The notes: generated from the sequence alone by a model not told the origin. DNA of 64,000 bases from a virus (IMGVR_UViG_3300044733_003647:64001-128000); one strand, 5' to 3'. Shown: positions 41,316-51,635, numbered from the stretch's first letter. Made by a program: numbers and translations.

Positions 41316-41750
41316 ATGGAAACAATTGAAAACATATTGAAAATGTGGGAAACCGATGCAGTCATAGACCAAACGGAACCCAGCAAAGAACTTATCAAAA
41401 TACCCACACTGCACAGCAAGTATCTTGGATTTCTAACCAAACACAAGATCGCATCGAAAAAGGCACACTTTGATTATCTACGTATGCGTAAGGTCAAGTG
41501 GGAGTACTTCACTGGTAAATTGTCTCAAGAAGAACTGGAAGAATATGGTTGGGAACCATTTCAGTTTGCACTCAAATCGGATATCTCCACATATCTTGAA
41601 GCAGACAAAGACTTGATTAAGTTACTTGAAAAGAAAGTATACCATGATGAAACAGTTTCTGTTGTGGAATCTATCATGTCGGAACTGAAACAAAGAACTT
41701 GGCAATTGAGAGACTTCATCTCATGGGAAAAATTTATAGGTGGTCAATAA
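41316..41750 (+). CDS. uvsY: Recombination mediator UvsY
   Basis: KIPTLHSKYL...WEYFTGK...YLEADKDL...RTWQLRD.I.W.KF..G. Confidence 0.9.
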   Translation: METIENILKMWETDAVIDQTEPSKELIKIPTLHSKYLGFLTKHKIASKKAHFDYLRMRKVKWEYFTGKLSQEELEEYGWEPFQFALKSDISTYLEADKDLIKLLEKKVYHDETVSVVESIMSELKQRTWQLRDFISWEKFIGGQ

Positions 41751-42151
41751 TGAGTAATAATAAATTGTCCACCAAAATATGCATTAAGTGTGAAAAATCA
41801 AAACCACTAGATGCATTTATGACAAGAGAAAATTTGGCTAGTGGTAAATCTTCTTATAGAACTGAGTGTAAAGAATGTACTTATGAAAAAGCTAAGTTAA
41901 GAAAAAAATTGGAAAAACAACATCCAAGACCAACAGATTTAAATTACTGTTGTCCAATTTGTGAAAAAACAGAGTCACAATTAAAAAAGAACGGAAGATT
42001 TGCGGATAGATCAATTTGGTGTTTAGATCACAATCACGTAACGGAAGAGTTTCGCAATTGGATATGCAATAATTGTAATGTGGCTATAGGTAGATTTGAA
42101 GATAATTCGTCTATTGCATATAAAGCGTATAAGTATCTATTAAATGATTGA
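41750..42151 (+). CDS. Endonuclease VII-like HNH protein (probable homing endonuclease)
   Basis: CIKC...CKEC; CPIC...LDHNH.T..FR.WICNNCN.AIG. Confidence 0.8.
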   Translation: MSNNKLSTKICIKCEKSKPLDAFMTRENLASGKSSYRTECKECTYEKAKLRKKLEKQHPRPTDLNYCCPICEKTESQLKKNGRFADRSIWCLDHNHVTEEFRNWICNNCNVAIGRFEDNSSIAYKAYKYLLND

Positions 42152-43631
42152 CTTATTAATAACAAAAAAAGATGAGGTGTTCGCCAAGATATCTTGTGAA
42201 CGCCATATCGCTATGGAGTTATCAGAATACTTCACATTCTTTGTACCTGGTTATCAATTCGTTCCAACCTATCGGAATCGAATCTGGGACGGTAAAATAA
42301 GACTATTCAATCTAGCGACAAGTCAAATATATCTTGGGCTGATACCTTATCTGAAAGAGTTCTGTGAAGAACGCAACTACAAGTACGAATTTGAAGAAAC
42401 ACAAGATGAATATTCGATATATCATTTTGAAAAATATGTTAAAACTCTGAATCTACATTCACAAGGTCGACCAATTGATGTAAGAGATCATCAAAGAAAA
42501 GCATTCATTCATGCAATGCAACATAGAAGAGCTCTGTTGTTGTCTCCCACCGCATCAGGAAAATCACTGATCATTTATTTGTTGTTTAGACAGTTACTAG
42601 ATTATCAGAATCTAAAAGGATTGATTATTGTTCCCACAACTTCTCTTGTTGAACAGTTATATTCAGACTTTGAAGACTACTCTTCACACAACGGTTTCAA
42701 TGTGGAAGAAAACGTACACAGAATATATCAAGGCAAAGACAAACATACAAACAAGAATCTGACTATCTCTACATGGCAGTCACTTTATCAATTGCCAAAA
42801 CAATACTTTGAACAGTTTGACTACATCATTGGAGATGAGGCACACTTGTTCAAGGCACAGTCACTCACAACAATTATGACTGCCGCAAACAAGACAAAGT
42901 ATCGTATTGGTTTAACTGGTACTTTAGATGGTACAAAGACTCACAAACTGGTTTTGGAAGGTTTGTTTGGAACTGTAGAGAAGGTAATCACAACAAAAGA
43001 GTTGATCGACAAAAAGCAATTGTCACCTTTCAATATCAAATGTCTGGTACTTAAACATTCACCAGAGGTATGTGAAAATCATAAAGATGACACTTATCAG
43101 GAAGAAATAGAATACCTTATTACATCCGAAAACAGAAATAGATTCATCAGGAATCTATGCATCAGTTTAGATAAAAATACCCTAGTGCTTTATCAAATGG
43201 TTGAAAAACATGGTAAAATATTGTATAATATAATTAAAGAAAAAGCAAACGGCCGCAAGGTATTTTTTGTACATGGCGGAGTAGAAACAGAAGACAGAGA
43301 GAATATTCGTAAGATTATGGAGACAGAGAATGATGCTATTGTTGTGGCTTCTTTTGGGACTTTTTCTACTGGAATTAATATTAGGAATTTACATAATATT
43401 ATCTTCGCATCTCCGTCAAAGTCAAGAGTTCGAAATCTTCAATCGATTGGACGATCTCTTAGACAGTCGGAAGGTAAAGAAATGGCAACACTCTATGACA
43501 TTGCAGACGACCTCAGACACAAAAAGAAAATGAACTTTACGTTGCAACATTTCGTGGAAAGAGTGAAAATATATAATGAAGAGAAGTTCTCTTTCAAACT
43601 TTATAACATAGGATTAAAAGATGGAAAATAA
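42144..43631 (+). CDS. uvsW: DNA helicase UvsW
   Basis: SPTASGKS, GDEAH, GLTGT, LQSIGRSLR. Confidence 0.95.
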   Translation: MIDLLITKKDEVFAKISCERHIAMELSEYFTFFVPGYQFVPTYRNRIWDGKIRLFNLATSQIYLGLIPYLKEFCEERNYKYEFEETQDEYSIYHFEKYVKTLNLHSQGRPIDVRDHQRKAFIHAMQHRRALLLSPTASGKSLIIYLLFRQLLDYQNLKGLIIVPTTSLVEQLYSDFEDYSSHNGFNVEENVHRIYQGKDKHTNKNLTISTWQSLYQLPKQYFEQFDYIIGDEAHLFKAQSLTTIMTAANKTKYRIGLTGTLDGTKTHKLVLEGLFGTVEKVITTKELIDKKQLSPFNIKCLVLKHSPEVCENHKDDTYQEEIEYLITSENRNRFIRNLCISLDKNTLVLYQMVEKHGKILYNIIKEKANGRKVFFVHGGVETEDRENIRKIMETENDAIVVASFGTFSTGINIRNLHNIIFASPSKSRVRNLQSIGRSLRQSEGKEMATLYDIADDLRHKKKMNFTLQHFVERVKIYNEEKFSFKLYNIGLKDGK

Positions 43632-43983
43632 CATTTACGCTTTGAGATTTAAAGATGGTATTGATGTTATTTGTGTTATGGAACAACTTGATTCATATCA
43701 AATTAAAATTACAAACCCCATGATGTTTGAAGTTAGGAATTCAAATCTGCTTTTGCAACATTGGTTACCGGTAGATATTATGAAAGGTGATTCAGTGGCA
43801 ATTAACAATGAAGATGTTCTTTGTATTTTTGAACCAACTGAGGATTTTAAAGAATACTATCTGAATACCGTGGAGAGGATGGCAGAAATATTGAATAACA
43901 GATCCAAAGTAAAAGAACAAGATGTTAATATGGCGGAGATGTTAAGAGAAATGGAATCAATTAAAGGAACTTTATTACATTAA
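43621..43983 (+). CDS. Conserved T4-like hypothetical protein (Sm-like) between uvsW and gp55
   Basis: 120-aa ORF in a conserved syntenic position. Confidence 0.6.
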   Translation: MENNIYALRFKDGIDVICVMEQLDSYQIKITNPMMFEVRNSNLLLQHWLPVDIMKGDSVAINNEDVLCIFEPTEDFKEYYLNTVERMAEILNNRSKVKEQDVNMAEMLREMESIKGTLLH

Positions 43984-44056
43984 TATCATCGGGGCTACAC
44001 CGTGAACTGTATCACGTGTCAAGCCTTTTGTCAACAACTTTTTATGGTATACTTGA

Positions 44057-44599
44057 ATGAACAAACAGAAACACTACATCAATAACGAAGATTTCCTAAA
44101 GGCCTTGGTTGCATACAAGGAACTATGTATCGAAGCCGAGAAGAACGGCAAAGCAAAACCCAACATACCAAATTATATCGGTGAATGTTGGATGAAAATT
44201 GCCGAAGGACTCTCACACAAACCAAACTTCATCAACTATACTTACCGAGATGAAATGATTTCGGATGGCATCGAAAACTGTCTGATGTATTTTGAGAACT
44301 TTGATCCGAATAAATCCAAAAACCCATTTGCATACTTCACCCAAATCATTTACTACGCCTTCCTCAGGAGAATACAGAAGGAAAAGAAACAATTGTATGT
44401 GAAGTATAAGTCTACCGAACAAATTGGTATTCTGGATGAATTTGAAACCATGGAGTTCGAAGATGGTACAACCAAACAGTTTGAACTGTATGACAACATT
44501 GCCGAGTTTATTGAGAACTACGAAGTTGCCAAAAAAACTAAAAAAGAATTGAAGACGGTAAAGAAACCAAAAGGGCTTGAAAAATTTATTGAGGAGTGA
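44057..44599 (+). CDS. gp55: Late sigma factor gp55
   Basis: HYINNEDFL...KIAEGLSHKPNF.NYTYRDEMISDGIENC...NPFAYFTQIIYYAFLRRI.KEKKQ. Confidence 0.96.
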   Translation: MNKQKHYINNEDFLKALVAYKELCIEAEKNGKAKPNIPNYIGECWMKIAEGLSHKPNFINYTYRDEMISDGIENCLMYFENFDPNKSKNPFAYFTQIIYYAFLRRIQKEKKQLYVKYKSTEQIGILDEFETMEFEDGTTKQFELYDNIAEFIENYEVAKKTKKELKTVKKPKGLEKFIEE

Positions 44600-44603
44600 T
44601 ATA

Positions 44604-45065
44604 ATGAAAATTGGATTTAATTGTAGCACCTTTGATTTGTTCCATGCTGGGCATGTCACAATGTTGCGAGAAGAAAAAAGACACTGTAATTATTTGATTG
44701 TGGCAGTACAGGTTGATCCAACCGTGGATAGGCCAGATACCAAAAATAAACCAGTAATGTCTATGTACGAAAGATTTATGTGTGTGTCGGCTTGCAAATA
44801 TGTTGATGAAGTTTTGGTATACCATACCGAAGAAGATTTATTGAACATGTTGAAAACGGTGCATATTGATATTCGCTTTTTAGGTGATGAATATAAAACA
44901 AAGGACTTTACTGGAAAACAATGGTGTTTGGATCAAGGCATAGAATTGTTCTATCACGAACGACAACACCCATACAGTAGTTCTGGTTTAAGAAAAAGAG
45001 TATGGGAAGCGGAAGAAAAAAGAATGGGTATTTTGAAACAGGAATATAATGATTGTAAAAAATGA
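44604..45065 (+). CDS. Cytidylyltransferase (TagD/glycerol-3-phosphate CT-like)
   Basis: FDLFHAGH, ER...CKYVDEV, R.HPYSSS.LR. Confidence 0.85.
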   Translation: MKIGFNCSTFDLFHAGHVTMLREEKRHCNYLIVAVQVDPTVDRPDTKNKPVMSMYERFMCVSACKYVDEVLVYHTEEDLLNMLKTVHIDIRFLGDEYKTKDFTGKQWCLDQGIELFYHERQHPYSSSGLRKRVWEAEEKRMGILKQEYNDCKK

Positions 45066-46135
45066 AAATTGCCATAATAACTGATCAACATTTTGGTGCG
45101 AGAAATGATTCGGTACACTTTTTAGATTTTTACGAAAAGTTTTATAGAGATACCTTCTTTCCTAAAATCAAAGAGGAAAATGTACAAGCCGTATTGATGT
45201 TGGGTGATACTTTTGACCGCAGAAAGTACATGAACTTCTATACACTCAAACGTGCCAAAGAAATGTTCTTTGATCCTCTGGCACAAATGGGAATTGATGT
45301 TCACATTCTGGCTGGCAATCACGACACCTATTTCAAGAACACGAATGATGTGAACTCGGTTGATCTGTTACTCCGAGAATACTCTAGTTCATTTAATGTG
45401 ATTGATGATCCAACGGAGATTTATGTTGGTCCACACAAGATTTGCATGATGCCTTGGATTTGTCCAGAAAATTATGAAGATAGTATGACGATGCTTCAAA
45501 CTACTGATGCAAAGTACTGCATGGGTCACTTTGAAATTTCTGGTTTTGCAATGTATCGCGGTATGCCATCTGAAGGAGGATTAGATCGTGGGATTTTTCG
45601 TAAGTTCTCTCATACTTTTTCTGGTCATTATCATCATAAGTCTAGTTCAGACGACATTTACTACCTCGGAAATCCATACGAACTCACTTGGCAAGATTAC
45701 AACGATCCTCGCGGCTTTCATATCTTTAATTTGGATAACGATGGGCTTGATTTTGTAAAGAATCCAAATGTCATGTTTCACCGCATCAAGTATGATGACA
45801 AGGAAGAAACTATCACCGAAATCAACAATAAAGATTTATCAGTTTACACCGGCGCTTATGTTAAAGTGGTTGTAATGAATAAAACGAATCCATATTTGTT
45901 TGACAAGTTTATGAATAACTTGTATAATGTCAATCCAATTGATATCACCATTGCAGAAGACTTTTCTGAATTGACAGAAGGTGTTGAAGAGAATATGGTA
46001 GATCAAGCTGAAGACACCTTAACCATACTCAACAAATATGTTGATGCAATTAAGGAAGATAGCATAGATAATAATGAATTGAAAAAATTATTGAAAGAAC
46101 TCTACGTAGAGGCATTGAATACTGAGAGAGCATGA
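45062..46135 (+). CDS. gp47: Recombination nuclease gp47 (Mre11-like)
   Basis: DQHFG, GDTFD, GNHD, GHF, SGHYH. Confidence 0.95.
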   Translation: MKIAIITDQHFGARNDSVHFLDFYEKFYRDTFFPKIKEENVQAVLMLGDTFDRRKYMNFYTLKRAKEMFFDPLAQMGIDVHILAGNHDTYFKNTNDVNSVDLLLREYSSSFNVIDDPTEIYVGPHKICMMPWICPENYEDSMTMLQTTDAKYCMGHFEISGFAMYRGMPSEGGLDRGIFRKFSHTFSGHYHHKSSSDDIYYLGNPYELTWQDYNDPRGFHIFNLDNDGLDFVKNPNVMFHRIKYDDKEETITEINNKDLSVYTGAYVKVVVMNKTNPYLFDKFMNNLYNVNPIDITIAEDFSELTEGVEENMVDQAEDTLTILNKYVDAIKEDSIDNNELKKLLKELYVEALNTERA

Positions 46136-47850
46136 TACTATTTCAAAAAATCCGTTGGAAGAATTTACTGTCTACCGGTAATTCTTTCACCGAAATCAAT
46201 TTCACCAGATCAACAAACACACTGATTATTGGTCAGAATGGAGCAGGTAAATCCACCATTCTTGATGCATTGTGTTTTGTTTTGTTTGGTAAACCATTCA
46301 GAAAAATAAATAAACCACAACTGTTAAACTCTATCAATGGTAGAGATGCGGTAGTCGAAATAGAATTTTCTATTGGTAAAAAATCGTACAAAGTTGTTCG
46401 TGGTATTAAACCCAACATCTTTGAGATTTATGTTGATGGTGTTCTGCTGAACCAAGATGCAGCTGCAAAAGATTATCAAGAAGTACTAGAGAACAATATT
46501 CTCAAATTAAATTACAAATCTTTCACGCAGGTTGTGATTCTTGGTTCAGCTTCTTTCGTTCCGTTTATGCAGTTATCTGCTTCAGATCGTAGGACAATTA
46601 TCGAAGACCTACTAGACATTCAAATTTTCTCTTCAATGAATTCCGTTGTCAAAGAGAAAATGTCCACAATCAAAGATGATATTACCAAAGTAAAATTTGA
46701 TATCAATCTGGTGGAAGAAAAAATTAAGTTTCAGAAACAAAACATTGAAGACCATCGTTTACGTAATGATGTTGAGATTGAAAATAAGAGAAATGAAATT
46801 GTCACCTCACAAGGACAAATTACCAAAATCACTAACGACATTTCTCTCATACAGAAACATGTCGATGCACTAACTTACAAAGTTGGTGATGGCCAAGACA
46901 GTCTGGATAAAAAGTCTAAAAAACTAATTCAGTTGGAAGCCAAGATTGAAAACAATATTTCAAAGAATGAAAAGGATATTGAATTTTATGAAAAAAATGA
47001 CAATTGCCCAACATGTAAACAGTCTATTGAAACACATTTCAAAGCTCAGCAAATCCAAGAAAGAAAAGATAAAGTCAACACACAACAAAAAGGTCTTGAC
47101 GAAATTAAGGCAGAGATCGGTAAAATTACAAAACGAATGAATGATATCGCTGCCGTATTGAAACACATCAATGCACACAATGGCGAAATTATTAAACACA
47201 ACTCAACCATATCTGCTATACAACAATATATTACCAAACTGAATAAAGAGATCACCGATCTCTCTTCAACCAAAGACAATCTGGAAGAAGAGAATGAGAA
47301 GTTGAAAGATTTGAAAAGTGAATTGACAACATATACTGAATCGTATGAAAAACTTGTTTCGTTGAAACATTACCATGAATATGCCAGCACTCTACTGAAA
47401 GATACTGGTATCAAAACAAAGATCATCAAACAGTACTTGCCGATTATGAACAAGTTGATCAACAAGTACCTGTCTTCAATGGACTTCTTTGTCAACTTCA
47501 ATATTAACGAAAACTTTGAAGAGACAATCAAGAGTCGGCACCGCGATGAATTTTCATATGCTAATTTTTCCGAAGGTGAGAAACAAAAGATTGATATGGC
47601 ATTGTTGTTAACTTGGCGCCAAGTTGCCAAATTGAAAAATAGTACCAATACCAATCTGTTGATATTGGATGAAATATTTGATAGTAGTTTGGATACGGCT
47701 TCTGTTGAACTGTTGATGAACCTACTAAAAGAGTTGTCTTCTGATACAAACGTTTTTGTCATCTCACACAAAGGTGATCAACTGTTTGATAAGTTCCGTT
47801 CCGTTATTAAGTTTGTAAAGAAGAATAATTTTTCTGTGATTGAGAAATAA
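46132..47850 (+). CDS. gp46: Recombination ATPase gp46 (Rad50-like)
   Basis: GQNGAGKST, CPTC hook, FSEGE, LILDE, ISH. Confidence 0.95.
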   Translation: MILFQKIRWKNLLSTGNSFTEINFTRSTNTLIIGQNGAGKSTILDALCFVLFGKPFRKINKPQLLNSINGRDAVVEIEFSIGKKSYKVVRGIKPNIFEIYVDGVLLNQDAAAKDYQEVLENNILKLNYKSFTQVVILGSASFVPFMQLSASDRRTIIEDLLDIQIFSSMNSVVKEKMSTIKDDITKVKFDINLVEEKIKFQKQNIEDHRLRNDVEIENKRNEIVTSQGQITKITNDISLIQKHVDALTYKVGDGQDSLDKKSKKLIQLEAKIENNISKNEKDIEFYEKNDNCPTCKQSIETHFKAQQIQERKDKVNTQQKGLDEIKAEIGKITKRMNDIAAVLKHINAHNGEIIKHNSTISAIQQYITKLNKEITDLSSTKDNLEEENEKLKDLKSELTTYTESYEKLVSLKHYHEYASTLLKDTGIKTKIIKQYLPIMNKLINKYLSSMDFFVNFNINENFEETIKSRHRDEFSYANFSEGEKQKIDMALLLTWRQVAKLKNSTNTNLLILDEIFDSSLDTASVELLMNLLKELSSDTNVFVISHKGDQLFDKFRSVIKFVKKNNFSVIEK

Positions 47851-47861
47851 AAGGAAACAAA

Positions 47862-48455
47862 ATGAGTACTGATGAAGTTGTATTATACGATACACAAGAA
47901 CAAAGTAAGGTTGCGTCAATTGCACCAATTTTTAAACTTGTTCCTCCAGATTGGCCAACTCTTTACCAAGTGTTGCCAGAGTTTAACTTTAAGAAACCAC
48001 CCGTTAATCCGGCAGAGTTTGCTTCTTCTCTGGTAGAAACCTGTAAAACAAATAATGGATTAGGTCTTTCTGCAAATCAATGTGGTTATGCACATCGTGT
48101 TTTTGTTATGGGTACGGGTGAGGAATATGTTGCATTCTTTAATCCTGAACTGATCTCTTCTGAAGGAGAAGTTCATATGGATGAAGGTTGCCTTTCTTTT
48201 CCAATGTTGACATTAAAGGTAACAAGACCAAAAACAATTCAGGTAAAATACCAAGACTTCAAAGGTGAAACACATACCAAAACTTTTGAAGGATTAACCG
48301 CCAGGTGTTTCCTGCATGAACTTGACCACATGAACGGAATAGTGTATACTGACAGGACTAAACCTCTTGCACTTCAACTTGGTTTGAAAAAACTGAGTAA
48401 GTTAAACAAGAAGATGCTTAAGTTTCAAAAGTACAATCTATCAAAAAAGAAATAA
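47862..48455 (+). CDS. def: Peptide deformylase
   Basis: GLGLSANQ, EGCLS, HELDH. Confidence 0.95.
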   Translation: MSTDEVVLYDTQEQSKVASIAPIFKLVPPDWPTLYQVLPEFNFKKPPVNPAEFASSLVETCKTNNGLGLSANQCGYAHRVFVMGTGEEYVAFFNPELISSEGEVHMDEGCLSFPMLTLKVTRPKTIQVKYQDFKGETHTKTFEGLTARCFLHELDHMNGIVYTDRTKPLALQLGLKKLSKLNKKMLKFQKYNLSKKK

Positions 48456-48458
48456 TTA

Positions 48459-49733
48459 ATGGCGAAGAAAAAAGTATATCCATCGTTCGATGAACAGTGG
48501 CGTCTTTGGCAAATTGAAAATGAGCCAGCACGTTTCACTCATATTGATACCGAGAAACTAAAACAATCTTTAGTCGATGACTTGACGAAGGCATCCAACA
48601 TGGATGTCCGTGAATATACTTTGTATCAAAAGTGGTGTGAGGTACATGAGAAGTATCCCACAAGAGAGATCAATACTATTTTTGATGGATATCAGGTTCA
48701 ATTGGTCGACAACAACCAAATGAAGATGATTGAAGAAGTCAAATCGAATTTCTGGATGCCAGAAACACCAGAGTGTTATGAGAAACTAAAACCTAAAATG
48801 GTCTTGTCTAATGGACCTTTGGCAGAAACCTGGAACACCATTCGTACCTTCTCTTCAACAATGAAGAACAATTCAAACATTGGTCGAAACTTGTTCTACA
48901 CTGTTCAAGATGAAGTTACAGGTAAATATCTTGGTGTCATCTGCATTTCATCCGACTTTCTTGACTTGACACCGCGAGACAAGGCAATTGGTTGGGAAAG
49001 AACCATCAAGACACAAGGTAATATGATTAATCATACTGCAATCGGTTCGACCATCGTACCTTTGCAACCTCTTGGATTCAACTATATGGGCGGCAAATTA
49101 TTGGCACTACTTTGTCTCTCTGATACTGTACAGAAAGATTGGAAGAGACAATATGGTGATGTACTCGTAGGTGTGACAACAACATCACTCTATGGTAATA
49201 CCAAATCAAATGGTCTGTCTCAGTATGATGGGCTTGAACACTGGAACAAAATGGGTTTCTCTAGTGGTTCTGTTGCATTCGAACCGACAAAGAAGACCGT
49301 TAATGCTGTCTATGATTGGGTGAAAGAAAATCACACTCAAAAATATTTCGAATGGTGGGAAGCCAAAAAACCAAATGGTTTGCCTTTTAAACGTGATCAT
49401 AAAAACCGCACGTTGAATTTCGCATATCCAAAACTTGGCATTCCTAAAAACCTGGTTCGTACCGAACATCAAAGAGGCATTTATTTTTCTCCTCTTTATA
49501 ATAATACCAATGAATTCTTAAGAAAAGAAATTGGTGAAAATGAACTGATCAAATCTTTCGATACATCCGAAGAAACCCTATCGAATATTTGGAAAATCAA
49601 ATATGCCAAAGGTAGGATTTCCATGTTGAAGAAGAAGAACAATGTCTCTTATGAGTCTTTGTTTTATGATGATTTGATCTTCTTGTCTTGGGAAGAAACC
49701 AAGGCAAAATACCTGCCACAAGTTGGCAGATAA
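48459..49733 (+). CDS. DUF4338/DruA-like protein
   Basis: GRNL.Y.V.D..TGKYLGVI...RD..IGW...QP.GFNYMGGKLLA...TTTSLYG...SQY. Confidence 0.6.
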   Translation: MAKKKVYPSFDEQWRLWQIENEPARFTHIDTEKLKQSLVDDLTKASNMDVREYTLYQKWCEVHEKYPTREINTIFDGYQVQLVDNNQMKMIEEVKSNFWMPETPECYEKLKPKMVLSNGPLAETWNTIRTFSSTMKNNSNIGRNLFYTVQDEVTGKYLGVICISSDFLDLTPRDKAIGWERTIKTQGNMINHTAIGSTIVPLQPLGFNYMGGKLLALLCLSDTVQKDWKRQYGDVLVGVTTTSLYGNTKSNGLSQYDGLEHWNKMGFSSGSVAFEPTKKTVNAVYDWVKENHTQKYFEWWEAKKPNGLPFKRDHKNRTLNFAYPKLGIPKNLVRTEHQRGIYFSPLYNNTNEFLRKEIGENELIKSFDTSEETLSNIWKIKYAKGRISMLKKKNNVSYESLFYDDLIFLSWEETKAKYLPQVGR

Positions 49734-49755
49734 TTCAAGTATACCATGAAAATAC

Positions 49756-49784
49756 TTGACACGGTGTCTATATAATAGTATACT
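49756..49784 (+). promoter_or_regulatory. Sigma70-type promoter
   Basis: TTGACA-N17-TATACT. Confidence 0.75.
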
Positions 49785-49840
49785 GTGAAGACTTGCAAAA
49801 CGCAAGATTTTTGTTAAACCTTGTCATTATGGAGATTACT

Positions 49841-50110
49841 ATGACTAAATTATCCGCTAAGCAACGCCTACTTAACTTTCTGAGCAAGAAAGAAGGCTAC
49901 AACACCCTCTCTACCGCACAAGCTCGTGCTCGCTTCGGCATCCAGAATGTCAGCGCTCGTATCGATGAGCTGCGTCAAGAAGGTCATGTTATCTACACGA
50001 ACACCAAGACCCGCGCTGACGGTTCTAAGGTTTCTGTTTATCGTATGGGCACACCAACCAAAGCTTTGGTTCGTGCTGCACGCCAAGCCGGTTACAGTTT
50101 CAACGCTTAA
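49841..50110 (+). CDS. Small winged-HTH DNA-binding protein
   Basis: LSTAQARARFGIQNVSARIDELRQEGHVI; GGAG SD; ATG at 49841. Confidence 0.75.
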   Translation: MTKLSAKQRLLNFLSKKEGYNTLSTAQARARFGIQNVSARIDELRQEGHVIYTNTKTRADGSKVSVYRMGTPTKALVRAARQAGYSFNA

Positions 50111-50123
50111 TTGACGTTTGACT

Positions 50124-50157
50124 GGGAGACCACCATGGGGTGGTTCTCCCTTTTTTT
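50124..50157 (+). terminator. Intrinsic terminator
   Basis: GGGAGACCACC...GGTGGTTCTCCC-TTTTTTT. Confidence 0.85.
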
Positions 50158-50172
50158 ATTTTTGGAGAGATA

Positions 50173-50991
50173 ATGGAAATTTCAATTAAAAAAGAAGAGC
50201 TTCAAAAGAAAAGTATTTTCGTTGCAACACCTATGTATGGTGGTATGAATCACGGACTGTATGCCAAGGCTTGCCTTGATTTGCAGTCTATTTGTATTCA
50301 GTATGGTGTACAAGTTAAATTTTCATTTCTCTTCAATGAATCTTTGATTACACGTGCAAGAAACTACCTTGTTGATGAGTTCTTAAATCGTTCAAACTGC
50401 ACACATATGTTGTTTATTGACTCTGATATTCACTTTGATCCGAAAGATGTGATTGCACTTCTTGCTCTGGACAAAGATGTTATCGGTGGTCCTTATCCTA
50501 AGAAAGCTATTAAATGGCGTTCTGTTAAGAAAGCCATGGAGAGAAATCCAGAAATCGATGCTCAAGCTTTGGAGAAAGTAACTGGTGATTATGTTTTCAA
50601 TCCCGTTCGTGGTACTGAAAAGTTTTCTGTGTCTGAACCACTTGAAGTTCTGGAAATTGGTACGGGCTTTATGATGATTAAGCGTGAAGTATTCCCCAAG
50701 ATGGAAGAAGCGTACCCACAGTTGCGTTATAAACCCGATCACGTTGGCCAGGCACATTTTGATGGTTCGCGTTACATTCACGCTTTCTTTGATACTATCA
50801 TTGATACTGAAGATTCTGCAACTGGCGGCGGCACAGATCGTTATCTGTCTGAAGATTATATGTTCTGTCAACTCTGGCGTAAACTTGGTGGACAAATCTG
50901 GCTTTGCCCTTGGATGCGTACTGATCACATCGGTACATATCACTTCAAAGGCGACATGCCTGCTGTTGCGAATTTTGTTGGAGAAATGTGA
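50173..50991 (+). CDS. GT-A fold glycosyltransferase-like protein
   Basis: VATPMYGG, ESLITRARN, FIDSD (DxD), GTGFM.IKR, LSEDY.FC. Confidence 0.8.
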   Translation: MEISIKKEELQKKSIFVATPMYGGMNHGLYAKACLDLQSICIQYGVQVKFSFLFNESLITRARNYLVDEFLNRSNCTHMLFIDSDIHFDPKDVIALLALDKDVIGGPYPKKAIKWRSVKKAMERNPEIDAQALEKVTGDYVFNPVRGTEKFSVSEPLEVLEIGTGFMMIKREVFPKMEEAYPQLRYKPDHVGQAHFDGSRYIHAFFDTIIDTEDSATGGGTDRYLSEDYMFCQLWRKLGGQIWLCPWMRTDHIGTYHFKGDMPAVANFVGEM

Positions 50992-51635
50992 TGATTGTAG
51001 GCCTACTTGGATTCATTGGTTCAGGTAAAGGCACAGCAGGTGACATCCTTAGAGACATGGGCTTTACTCCTTTGAGTTTTGCCAAAGGTGTTAAGGATGT
51101 TGCCGCTGAAATGTTTGGCTGGCCTAGACACCTTCTAGAAGGTGATACTGATGCCTCCCGCAAGTGGCGAGAACAACCTGACGAATTTTGGTCTAAAGAA
51201 TTTGGAAAAGATTTTACACCAAGACTCGCATTACAGTTGTTGGGCACAGAAGTTGGTAGAGATGTATTTCACAAAGATTTTTGGGTTATTAAAATGAAGA
51301 GATACATCATGTCGAACCCGGAACAAAATTTTGTTATCACTGATGTTCGTTTTGAAAATGAAATACAATTTGTACATGATCAAGGTGGCATTTTGATTGA
51401 AATACAAAGAGGTGTTAAACCACATTGGTATGACATTGCAAGAAAAGCAAACCGCGGTGATCGTGCTGCAGAAAGCTTCATGTTGCGATCTGGTATACAT
51501 GAATCTGAGTGGCGTTGGATTGGCGGACATATTGATTATATCATTGAGAATGATGGTACATTGGAAGACTTGAAGAAAAAGGTCACCAAAAAACTTGAAC
51601 TTTCCTACGGTTCTAGTACAATTGAAGAAATGTAA
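50991..51635 (+). CDS. gp1: dNMP kinase (gp1-like)
   Basis: GFIGSGKGT, SFA, TPR.ALQ..GTE, ITDVRF.NE. Confidence 0.88.
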   Translation: MIVGLLGFIGSGKGTAGDILRDMGFTPLSFAKGVKDVAAEMFGWPRHLLEGDTDASRKWREQPDEFWSKEFGKDFTPRLALQLLGTEVGRDVFHKDFWVIKMKRYIMSNPEQNFVITDVRFENEIQFVHDQGGILIEIQRGVKPHWYDIARKANRGDRAAESFMLRSGIHESEWRWIGGHIDYIIENDGTLEDLKKKVTKKLELSYGSSTIEEM

